From Amphiscolops sp. MND2022 (lineage: Eukaryota), in assembly GCA_964187785.1 (NCBI GenBank), contig OZ076409.1:36644001-36708000 (forward strand): a DNA stretch of 64,000 bases, in the 5' to 3' direction. The translations under genes were made by a program, and so were the position numbers. Of this stretch, positions 50,933 to 61,393 are shown piece after piece. Under the pieces are notes generated by a model. That model was not told where the DNA came from and did no database searches. It saw only the letters and a program-made list of their open reading frames with translations. Every line of letters starts with the position of its first letter. Within the stretch, counting starts at the first letter, position 1.

Positions 50933-53900
50933 GAACGGGAACCAGTGGTTCCGTTGTGAACTCGGGATTGGGGGGTGATGCAGTGGAGGACGGGTCATTG
51001 CAGAGCGAGAAAGAAACGACAGGCGAGTTGTCGGAGATAAACGAGACTTCGGAGACAGGAGGCGAGCTCCTTATGGACGAGGTTGAAGACGAGGCACCAG
51101 ACGAGTCGGGTGCTTCGGACGGAACCAGTTGCGAAGATCTCACACAGGCCATGATGTGCGTGACGTTATAATTGGGTGTCATTGAAATGTTTTTTTTTTT
51201 CAATAAAAAAGAAGGTTTTCTCCCCAAGCAAAAAATTATTCAGAATCGAACATTAATTTCATCCATCTTTTCCATGTTTGAAGAATCTGAGTTTTTTGCT
51301 GTAATTTGCTTTTTTAATAGATTCTCAGACCTGTTATGTTTCCGATGCCTTTCTGACAATTATCAAAATGTCAGTAAAAGCTTTTACTGACATGTTGATA
51401 ATTGTCAGAAAGGCATCGAAAATATGACAGGTCTACAGGCCTAAGCTAATGTAGTACTTTAGTGCCCAATACTATAGCGCGTGAATTGCACATCATTCTT
51501 CTAAAGAGAATTATGCGCCCAAGACAGAACTCAGATTGCAGCTCAGATGAGAATAGACCGATACATAAGGAATGAGTCACACTTCCACGACGACCGCGAG
51601 TTGATAGAGCGACTGATGCTGCATTCTGAAGACAGACTGTCTAGGTTTGCATTCGACTACCGAGACCAGTACTTCGCCAACACAAACAGACTCATGTCCC
51701 ACTGTCACGCCTCCGAGCGGTTTCTTAAACATTGGAACCAGACCGAGAAGGCACTCTACAAGTTGTTCAGACACAACAAGTAGGCCCTGCTTAAGCAACA
51801 AACATTCGACAGTTTCAACTACAACATTGGTCTATTGGTATTCCGTATTCTAAGAAAGTATTCGTCAAACTTGCAGAACCTACTCGATTTTCACGAAGTT
51901 GAAAAATTATTTTTGAAAAATTTTCAGTTAATAATTTGCCCCAGGATCTCTTGAGGATGCTAATATGACTCGATTAGAAAACTTTTCGATTTGAAATAAA
52001 ATTCATCAATTCTGTGAATACTAGACTTCTTATGCAGTCCGATGATACAAGAGCATCTATTTGTTAATAAAGTTAGGAATGCCTGTACTCCTGAGTAAGT
52101 GTGGTCCCAAGCGATTTCTCCTTACTGAGTGTGGTCCCTATAGTGTAAGTGTGGTCCCTGCATATTTTGTCGGAAGAATTATTATAACGTAGTCAGCTAT
52201 GTTCACATACTCCTAGTGCTCTAAATGCAGGAGCGAAGCGAAGCGGAGCGACGTGCCATATGGCCATGCCTCAATGTTGCTACTTGGCGAAGGGAGCGAA
52301 GCGACCGGGCCATACAACAAATATGCTAAACTCCTCAAAACAAGTTCCATACATATTGGCTGTAACAGCACTAAAAGCTAGTAAATTCAATTCTGCTGTT
52401 TTGAACTACATGTAATGTTTGCTTTACGCTGGCTATTCTAAATTTGCTAGGGACCACACTTAGTCAGGAGTTTGCAGACCGGCTGCATAAATTTTGTAGG
52501 GACCACACTTAGTCAGGAGTACCGGAAAGCCTAATGGTTTCGCAATTTTCTCAAAAAATGGCAACTTTTTAATGAGTTGGAGAATAAATGGAAATTAAAA
52601 TGGTTTCTGAAGTAAACAAAAATAAAAAACTAATATCGGAAAACAAATTTCAATGGTAATGCATAGCGAGTTGTGAATTGCTAACTTCCGCAAAAAGTGT
52701 CACAAAAGTTTCAAACAGACAGAAATTAAACTATAAGAATTCTTTTATGCTAATGTTTTTGAAACAATCGATTATCTAAATGTATTGACATAAAGATGTT
52801 CTCGTTAAAAATTTTTTGGAGTTTAAACTCCAAGAAATTTTTATCGAGAACATCTTTAGATCAATACATTTACATAATCGATTGTTTCAAAAACATTAGC
52901 AGAAAATTAGAGTCTTCGGAGCATTAATACCAAATAAAGCTTCCATTCTTTAGTCATAAACTCTACGTACTTCGGAACAGAATAACTTTGAGCATACAGT
53001 AACGTGGTGAAATATCGCAACTCCATTGCATAAAATTGCAAAATTCAAATCCAAATATCTTAAAACCTGCCAGGAATACGAAAAATTGTCAGGTACGGAA
53101 GTTTCTTAGAATTTTTTGCAGTTTTTGAAAGCATTTGGTTGAAAAATTTGCGACAAAATTGACAAAAGTTAGAAGTTTTAAATTCTGACAAAATTTCATC
53201 GAATTTTCTTCTTGATTTTCGATATGGGTCGTAGACATTTCAAACAAATATTTTTGTAAACTAGATTAGATTCTAAGACACTTTTGTTGCTAACAATTTT
53301 TTTGTATTCATGACAGTTTGAAAGATATTCGATTATGAATTTTGTCATTTTGACAAATGGAATCGCGATATATTAGACCGCTACTGTACTCAAAACGCAT
53401 TGCTATCAAAATTAGTTTAGGCTGAAATTGTAGAAAGTTGAAAATGTATTAGGTAGAAATTGTGATCAGTTGAAATTGTTACGGTGGAAATTGCGTAGGT
53501 TGAAATTGCATAGGTTGAGATTGAATAGGATGAAATGTCCTGACATCGTTTGCTATTACAGGCAAAATGCTACTTAGAGTATTGTTACCAATTGGTTGCT
53601 ACTACGAAGTGAGCCATGAGACTAATGTTGGAACATGTTCTATGATCCTACAATGGGTTCATCGCTGTTTCTCATAGTAATCTTGATGATGTGCTTCTCC
53701 ACGGTTCTCAAAAAAATTGTCTTGATGCCCTTCAAAAACTGTATTCCTTTCCAAATCATCATACTCTATGAATTTTTTAAAGCAAAAATGAGTAAAACTT
53801 AGATATATATAATCAGAACTCACCCGAAAGCCTCTCAATTTCTTGTTGATTGTTTGCTGCCGTCAGAGACAAACCGAGGATTCCTTACCGCCAAGAGAAC

Positions 53901-55416
53901 TGTTACGATGAGAACAAAAGAAGGGTCAACCTGCCTTTCTATGGAGGGGTGGCCGCCAAAGAAAGCTTTTCATTGGTCGCCAATTTGCAGAACTCTCTTG
54001 CCTTGCTCAACCAGGGATGGGGACTATACGATTACATGATATAGATCAACGTTTGATGCTTATATTTGGTGAAGTATAATGAGGGGTTCCTTCGTTCTTG
54101 TTGAGTTCATTTCGGAAACATTCAAAGATATAATGAAACCTTTGACAAGAACTATGCAAAGTCTTGAAACTTTCATCATGTTTTTGCCATTACCGTTGTG
54201 AGCTTTTCAGTTCAATGATTTTTGTTATACTGATTTTTGCAAGATTTTTTCTGTAAGAATTTGGTATCATTTTACATGTTCAGATTGCATGAACTTCTAT
54301 CGCAAACTGGCAAATATTATTCAAATCATATACCTCAAATAATATTCTGATTTGTGTTTCGAGGAATATTTTGAGGTTGAGGATCGTTTTTGATGGACGA
54401 AGGAATAACGTGAATCTAATATTCTTATGATAAGTTCACCTTAAGTATTAGTCGAAACATTAATTAAATAAGTTTTTGAAAAACACATCTACTCTAACCC
54501 ATTTCTGAGCTTGTGCCCATCAGTCTCTGAACCAAAAACAAACGAGTCTGGTGAAAACGAATCTTCAGAATGCCCTGAGACAGCTGGTGGGTAAGAAGAT
54601 GCAGAGACCCAGTCCTATGGAGATCCTCATTGTGATGGAGAGACAAAAGCTGCGTTTCGAACTCATTCACCGCGACCTGTGCAACAACATCTCCAAAACT
54701 ACCGATGCACTCATTCAAAACGTGCGAAACTATCATCACTCGCCTTCAAACGCTTTTTTAAATTTCTCGATTGGTGAAAAAGGCAAATGTTTGATAAAGA
54801 CTTGAAAGAGATGCTTGCTTTTTCAGAAATCCATGGATTTCTCAGCTTTGTTTTTGGTTCGTAGAACTCAATCGACCAAATTCGTTCTCGATTCTGATTT
54901 ATGAACGATTACTTTCTCGGAATCGATTCAGTTTTTCTCTATTTTTCTCTCCCAATGAACCATGAGTTTTTGTTCCGGTTCGTCTGTTAATTAACGACTG
55001 TTTTCTGCTACATTTTTCTCGGAAGTTTTGGTATAAACAACTTTCGGCAGCCTCAACTTTGTTTTTCTTTGCTATTAATTGCTCACTACGGAAAGATTTG
55101 CACAGATTTCAGTAAAAAACTTAACTGCGCAAAATCTATTGGTTCCTTTGAGGGCTGGTTGCAGGTTTTACTGAAACAAGAGAAAGAAGTTTGGCGGTTC
55201 ATAGAACTGAAGCATCAAGAGATTATGACTTTGTGCAACTTCATTGCTGAGAACGAGGATGAAGTTTGGAAGAAATCCAAAGACCAGAATCAGCATTATC
55301 TGTCTCACATTGAGGTCGAGCCTTTCTACAGAAACAAGAGCGAATTCTTGCAGCATCTCAAACATGTCAGCAGAAACATGCATGATCGGATGGGCCGACC
55401 TGATGATAGAACTTGA
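50933..55416 (+). CDS. Same-strand nested gene, 3' exons (50933-51155, 51528-51779, 53867-54014, 54524-54721, 55165-55416); predicted alpha-helical C-terminal domain of unknown family
   Basis: Phase-consistent exons ending in TGA at 55414-55416. High-complexity helical sequence (MRIDRYIRNESHF...NLQNALRQLV...HLKHVSRNMHDRMGRPDDRT*). Confidence 0.72.
51327..51434. repeat. Near-perfect palindrome, 108 bp
   Basis: 54-bp arms, centre AAGCTT, a few mismatches. Confidence 0.92.
52086..52521. mobile_element. MITE, Tc1/mariner-type (TA-flanked) with IR/DR-like terminal repeats
   Basis: TA|CTCCTGAGTAAGTGTGGTCCC ... GGGACCACACTTAGTCAGGAG|TA; the AGTGTGGTCCC core occurs 3x on the left and 2x on the right. 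Confidence 0.75.
52748..52901. repeat. Near-perfect palindrome, 154 bp
   Basis: 77-bp arms, centre GTTTAAAC, a few mismatches. Confidence 0.92.
53420..53545. repeat. Degenerate 15-bp tandem repeat (GTTGAAATTGxxTAG)
   Basis: About 8 periodic GAAATTG-like motifs. Confidence 0.65.
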
Positions 55417-56594
55417 TGAGTATATTGCGATTCTGTTTTTTTTTGAAACTGTGTAGAAACAAATGATACCTCATAATTTTTTTGTATTGGTATTTCTGAT
55501 GGTATATAATTTTTATTAACATAAACAACTTTGAAGGTTATACTCATTTTTAATGGCAAAACAGCAAATTGTGCAGATGTAGATTCTGCATCAAATAGTC
55601 AGGACAAGCGTCTTAATTCATAAGTTTTCCAACAACTGAATGAATTATATCGAACTAATGACCTGTTCTGTTGATAATTCTTGACCTCTTTCCGTTAATT
55701 TAGTTGATCTATTCTTAATTTACTCAGCTTATCAGACTTATACAGTGACGCTTACGTGTAACATTGAACGAAATATTTATGGGGGAATAAGAAAATTGAT
55801 TTCTCAGCAAGGTTTTTTTACAATTTGTCCTGCTTCAATTTAATACTCAAACAAAAGTGTTCCTTCCTCAGTATTCAGTGATAAAAAATAGATTCGTTGT
55901 AAATATATTTTTAAAACTTGAAATTTTTCACAGAAAATGCGGTAAATTAGAAATGTCAATATGATACAAACTTCAATTTTCGAACTTTTTGTGCAAGTTC
56001 CGAGCAAGTTTCAGAACTTATGTTGCTGACAGTTCGGAGCGATAACTGTCTCGAAGCTTATCGGGTCTCTTGTTGAAATTTTGTAATCAGTCTGTTTCTG
56101 AAAAACATGGGCAAAAAGCGGTGGAATCACAACTTTTTACTTCTTGTTTTCACTGGGAATAAGAAATGTCCGGATGGGAAAATTTGCTATAGATGGGATT
56201 GAGCGTGTGTAGCAAAATCCACAACCAATTCTCTGGAACATCGCATTACACCGCACGGTTACGCAAATTTTGCTGGAAGCAGTAGAATCCACTAAAGACA
56301 CCCAATACATGGCGAAATTTCAGTCGCCTGGTTTCAACAATCCGCGCAGCAGTGGATTACAAAATAGATGCAGCGAAATCCGTTGAAAATAAAACTCTGG
56401 CTTTCTGATGGCTTCTTTCTGAAACAGTGGAGTTCGCTGCAACCAACTGGAAATCAGCCAAAAATTCATATGAAAATATGCTAGCGGAAATCACTGACTC
56501 ATAAACGCAAAATGTGTAATCCTTTTTCGGCAGAGTAGTGTCCAAAAAATAATTATTGAACTTTTAGTAGCCTGGACACAAATGCCTTCGGTTT

Positions 56595-56798
56595 AGAATG
56601 GTGACCTTGATTGCTGAGGTGCTCGTTCATGATAAGTGAATCTAGCGCCTGCTTTTTAAATCAAAGGTGGTTCTTTATTTAGTTTCAAGTAGAATTATTT
56701 CTACTTGAAACTAAGTAAAGAACCACCTTTGATTTCAAAAGCAGGCGCTAGATTCACACATCATGAACGAGCACCTCAGCAATCAAGGTCACCATTCT
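56595..56798. repeat. Near-perfect palindrome, 204 bp
   Basis: ~100-bp arms AGAATGGTGACCTTGATTGCTGAGGTGCTCG... with the centre at AGAATTATTTCT. Confidence 0.95.
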
Positions 56799-56876
56799 CC
56801 CAATTACCACTCTCCCAAAGAAATACTCTTCTTTTGACCTGAAGAAACAAGTTCATCAGAATTTCATTCCGTGAAA

Positions 56877-57176
56877 CTGGTTAATTTCTGTACTTCCACG
56901 CATCCATCTTCTAAAAAACTTGAGGAGTTAGGTGAGACCAGAGACCAACTTTTTGGCTATCAATTGATTCAGTTTTTAGGTTGCTGTTCAATTGTTCCAA
57001 TTTTAGGATTTAAACAAATCCTCCTACTTGACTCAGAAGTAGAGGAAGAACTGTTTATTGCCGTTTCAGCAACCTAAAAACTGGAGCAATTGATAGCCAA
57101 AAAAATGGTCTCTGATCTCTCGTAACTGCAAGATTTTTTTAGTATATGGATGCGTGAAATTACAGAAATTAACCAG
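56877..57176. repeat. Older, diverged inverted repeat with spacer
   Basis: CTGGTTAATTTCTGTA...TTTTTAGGTTGCTG and CAGCAACCTAAAAA...TACAGAAATTAACCAG. Confidence 0.8.
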
Positions 57177-57388
57177 CTTTGTAGTAGTAATAAAAGTTGA
57201 AATCTGGTTGATTAAAAAATTCTAAGCTTCGGGTCGCTCTATATCCGAATTTTTGACGTAATGTCCGAAGTAAGTTGAGCTCTACCCAAGAGGAGGCGGA
57301 GTTTCAAAAATATTGCGTTTTATCCAATTTTCTAGACCAGCGAACTGACACATTGCTTTAAGCTTTTGTATAAGTTAGTTTAGAACCA

Positions 57389-58906
57389 TACAAGACGAGA
57401 ACGTCTAAAGTCGGCGCCATATCTAAGGCTCAAAAAGCGGAAAACAATTTTTTGGAAAAAAACTTGAAATTTTTGAAAAAATTTTTTCTTTCAAAAAAAG
57501 TCGCGTAGTGCCGAAAAATGTAAAAGGGGGACCCTTCTGGATTTATTGACATACATTCCGTTGCAAAATATCAAAAAACTCGAAGGGAGGACCCTTTGGG
57601 GACATTAAAAAATTTTCTAAAAAAGTCGCACAGTGCCGAAGAAAATCCAAAGGGGGCCCTTTAGGCACGTCCAGTTTTGTGGGTTTCCTTGAAAAAGTAA
57701 ATAAAAAGTAAAAAACCAAAGGGGGGACCCTTTGGAATAACTTAGATGCGTTTCCGGGGTATTCGTTTAGTTGAAGATACTGAACGTTAACGTTCGTCGC
57801 TTCGAGTCTGTCTTAAATAAAACAAGACGGGATCGTCTCAAGTCGGCGCCATATCTAAGGCTCGAAAATATTCAAAGAACAACTATTGGAAACATTTGGA
57901 AAAATTATTTTTTTTCAAAAAAAATTTTTGAAATTTTTTTTTCGAAAAAAGTATTTTTTTAGAAAGTCGCACAATGCCGAAAAACTCAAAAAGAGGCCAT
58001 TCAGGCTCATTAAACGTTTTTACAAACCGAAAACTTCCAAAAAATGCAAGGGGTTACCCTTTGATAGAATCCGAAAATTTTCGAAAAAAAGTCGCATAGT
58101 GCCGAAAAAAACCCAAAGGGGGGACCCTTTGGTCTCACCTGCTGTACTTTTGGAAGCATAAAAATATTATGGTTTAGTGCGAGAATCGAACCCCCGCTCT
58201 CCGGCTTCAGAAATTTAGTCGAAGATGAACAACAGAACAGATGAACAAATTGTAAAAAGTGGACCATTCACAGTGAGATTGTAGGCTGAAAAAGAAAACA
58301 AGACGGGAACGTCCCAAGTCGGCGCCATATCTTAGGCTCAAAAATATTCAAGGAACAACTATTGGAAATATTTGGAAAATTTTTTTTTCCAAAAAAAGTA
58401 TTTGGTAAAAAAGTCGCACAATGCCGAAAAACCTAAAAAGAAGTCATTTAGGCTCAATCAACGTTTTCTACAAACCGAAAACTTCAAAAAAATGCAAGGG
58501 GGTACCCTTTGATAAAATTCGAAAATTTTCGAAAAAAGTCGCATAGTGCCGAAAAAAACCCAAAGGGGGGACCCTTTGGTCTCACCTGTACTTTTGGAAG
58601 CATTAAAAAATTTATGGTTTAGTGCGAGAATCGAACCTATGCTCTCCGGCTTGGTCGAAGATGGAAGATGAACAAATATGAAAGATGAACAAATTGGAAG
58701 AAAAGTGGACCACTCAGAGTGAGATTGTCAACTGAAAAAAAACTACTCACTGTAAGAGTCGGGCTTTTTTCCTTAAGGGAAAAGGCGCCGACTAACAAAC
58801 TACCCACTGTAATAGTCGGGCTTTTTTCCTTAAGGGAAAAGGCGCCGACTAAAAAAACGAGTGACTGTAATAGTCGGGCTCTTTTCTTAAGAGAAGCGCC
58901 GACTAA
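57389..58906 (-). mobile_element. Head-to-tail array of three family A Helentron-like elements with triplicated terminal unit
   Basis: The CAAGACG(G/A)GA.CGTC..AAGTCGGCGCCATATC motif restarts at ~57389, 57821 and 58297; three terminal units at ~58745-58906. Confidence 0.8.
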
Positions 58907-59563
58907 TAACTGCCAATTGACCATGGGGTTTCCAGTTCTTGTGACGGGGTCTGAGAAGCAGGAGTACGTGGGATCGAGTCTAGAACTCAACCACGCTTTC
59001 GTTGTTCGTAGACGGTCCCCCTTGAGTTTTCTCAACGGAAGTTCCCCCTTTGATTTTTAATCGGAAAAAAGCGTTTTGATAGCATAAGGCGGCCACCTCA
59101 GGTTTTTCGGCACAATACGATTTACATTAATTTTTCTAAAATTTTTCGTCAATTTGTTTTTATTAACGGTTTTTCGAAAAAAAATTGTTTGGTTAAAGTG
59201 TACTTCCTTCACTTTGATAAATGTTTATCAATTATCATGTCCCAAATTGAATAGTTTGGGAAAACGCCCTGCTTCCAAATTAACAAGCAGTATTTTTTCT
59301 ACTGCCTTCTCGATAGTGAGAACGCAATTCAGAATCTAAACATTGCACGCTAAAATATTGTATATTCATTACCATTAGAAATAATTTCATTTTGTTATGA
59401 TCGAGACACAAACATATCGTTTTATGCAAATTTTTGAAATGGCCGAACAGTATTATAAAATCCTCAGTTCTATCAGTTTGTTTTCTGCTATTGTTTTTCT
59501 GAGCAGTTTCTAGCTTTTCTTTCAGATGATTGAAATCTGACTTTCTCCGATTGTTTTGTTTAG

Positions 59564-59683
59564 TAAAATGCGATTCGTGGACGCCAATGATTTCTGCAAC
59601 ATCCGAAATGCTGTGGAGCTGGCAGTGTTTCAAGGAATAGTGAACAAACATATAGAAAGCACTAAAGAACGCCTGCATAAATC
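59564..59683 (+). CDS. DNAH7: DNAH7-like exon (KMRFVDANDFCNIRNAVELAVFQGIVNKHIESTKERLHK)
   Basis: Matches recalled KLRLVDIKEFHNCQDALELSSFQNIIMRHMDSAKETLLK. TTTAG acceptor, GTGAGT donor; phase 2 continues from 17120. Confidence 0.88.
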
Positions 59684-60223
59684 GTGAGTTTCGTATCAAT
59701 TTGGTACACAGCATTTAGGTGCAAAGGTGTATTTGACAATCACTATAATTTTTTTCAATTCCCTGCATGGAGTTATTAATGCGGCATGTTTATTGATAAT
59801 TGTCGTAAAAATGCAATAAATCGGTTCTTTTCCTACGCCCCACGCGTTTCAAAATTTTAAGCTAATGTATCAAAAAAGTTTTTTCTTCATAATTCGTAAA
59901 GCAAAATTTTCATTGTTTTGATGACGTCACAGAATTTCACAACATCAGATACTACTAGGGATACTACTACTAAATTAGTAATTTATCATATCTTCCAAAC
60001 TTCGCAGAAAATTCGACGAGGGTGGAGCGTAAAAGGAAGAATTTCCGGTATATTACATAAAAATCATTCAGTGCTAATTCGAAATTCGAAGTGAAAAAGT
60101 ATGTATAAAGATCGTTTTTGGAGGTATTGGAAGTATATTACTTTGTGTAAACTGTTTGCGATAAAAAATACTTAGGAAAGTTGTCTCATTTTATAAAAAA
60201 TTTGTTGATTGTAATGTTTACAG

Positions 60224-60407
60224 ATGGTTTCCCGAAATCCAGAACTTCTACTTCCAGGGTAGCAAGCGTCGCATAGTGCCGACGAGTCACAACCCCCGTA
60301 AGCTGGAGTCATACTTCAACTGTGCCGCCGCTCTTATGACCCGCAACCTGCAAGTTCTTGGCATCAATTCCATCCTTGACTACACTGACCTCCTCTGCAA
60401 ACACGAG
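60224..60407 (+). CDS. DNAH7: DNAH7-like exon (WFPEIQNFYFQGSKRR...KLESYFNCAAALMTRNLQ...TDLLCKHE); gene continues beyond the window
   Basis: Matches recalled WFPEVQNIYYQGNKKK...KLESFFNCAAALMTLQLQDL. CAG acceptor, GAG|GTCAGT donor. Confidence 0.92.
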
Positions 60408-61130
60408 GTCAGTATTCTTGTTCATTGACCTTAATTCTACAATGCCCACATTGAATTTACTTCGGGTTCAGGTCTAGTGTTTTTTTAAAATCTTGATCTG
60501 GTGCAACAATCATTCATTTTTGTAATGTACAGAATGGTAAAAAAATATACGAAAGTTTTTCATACCCTAGTTGTATCTGCTGGGAAGTTTTTTCATGCTA
60601 TGCATGCGATGCTAATTTTTCACTTAACATGGAAAACTCCGTTAGCTTGCTTGGGAAAACTTTGTAAGAATACAATACAGCTTCCATTTGAAATAGTTTC
60701 ATTTCTTCACCGTCTCGATCACTTTGTCTTCACACTTCATTTTCTTTAATATTTAACTTATATAATCACCGTTTTTCAAATTGCACGCTGAATATTACGT
60801 TACTTCGAAATCTATGAAATGATTGAAGTTGATTTATATAGAAATGAAATACTTTCAAGATGGCTTGAGCCTGGATAAAAATTATGGTGTGTTTGTGAGT
60901 AATTGTTCGCATGAGAGCTATGTTTTCCTTAGAGTGAATTTCTAACGTATATGTTTCAATTAACACAAGCAATTTGATTAGCAATATAGATTTACTACTA
61001 ATTCCGGAAGTTCTGAAGATGTTTCAAGACAAGTTACCAAAGATATCTCTTGATGCTCACAAAGTGAAACTGAAGACGAATCAAGGGTTAAAACACTTGA
61101 TAAGTTGCCCATATTTGGAATGTTATGACA

Positions 61131-61393
61131 TCACAAGTCTACATGGTCTTTGTTCTTGAGCATGGCTTTGTATCCGATGATCATCTTCTTGAACCAGAAA
61201 CAGTTCATCAGACTGACAAGGACGTAGAAGAAAGTAGATGAGGCGTGATAGATTGTCTGTGACTTGGGGTCGTTCCAGAGCAGCTCCAGTTGCCAGTACA
61301 GCATCCAGGGTATGGGGATGACCCGGGTTATGAGGAAAGAGTAGAACATTCCAGTGGATACAATTTTGTACACCAGTGACTTTTTGGAGTATT
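61131..61393 (-). CDS. TLC-domain protein, last exon
   Basis: TTTTAG acceptor in phase 1; TLC motifs FLITRV and LMNCFWFKKMIIG; stop codon. Confidence 0.85.

Noticed and set aside
41076..55416. Interpreting the Ser-rich exons as part of the dynein protein
   Set aside because: The dynein exons on either side join without a gap in homology, and this chain has its own ATG and stop.
60268..60283. GTCGCATAGTGCCGA in a dynein exon, identical to a family A subrepeat motif
   Set aside because: Only about 15 nt and embedded in sequence colinear with DNAH7; most likely chance.
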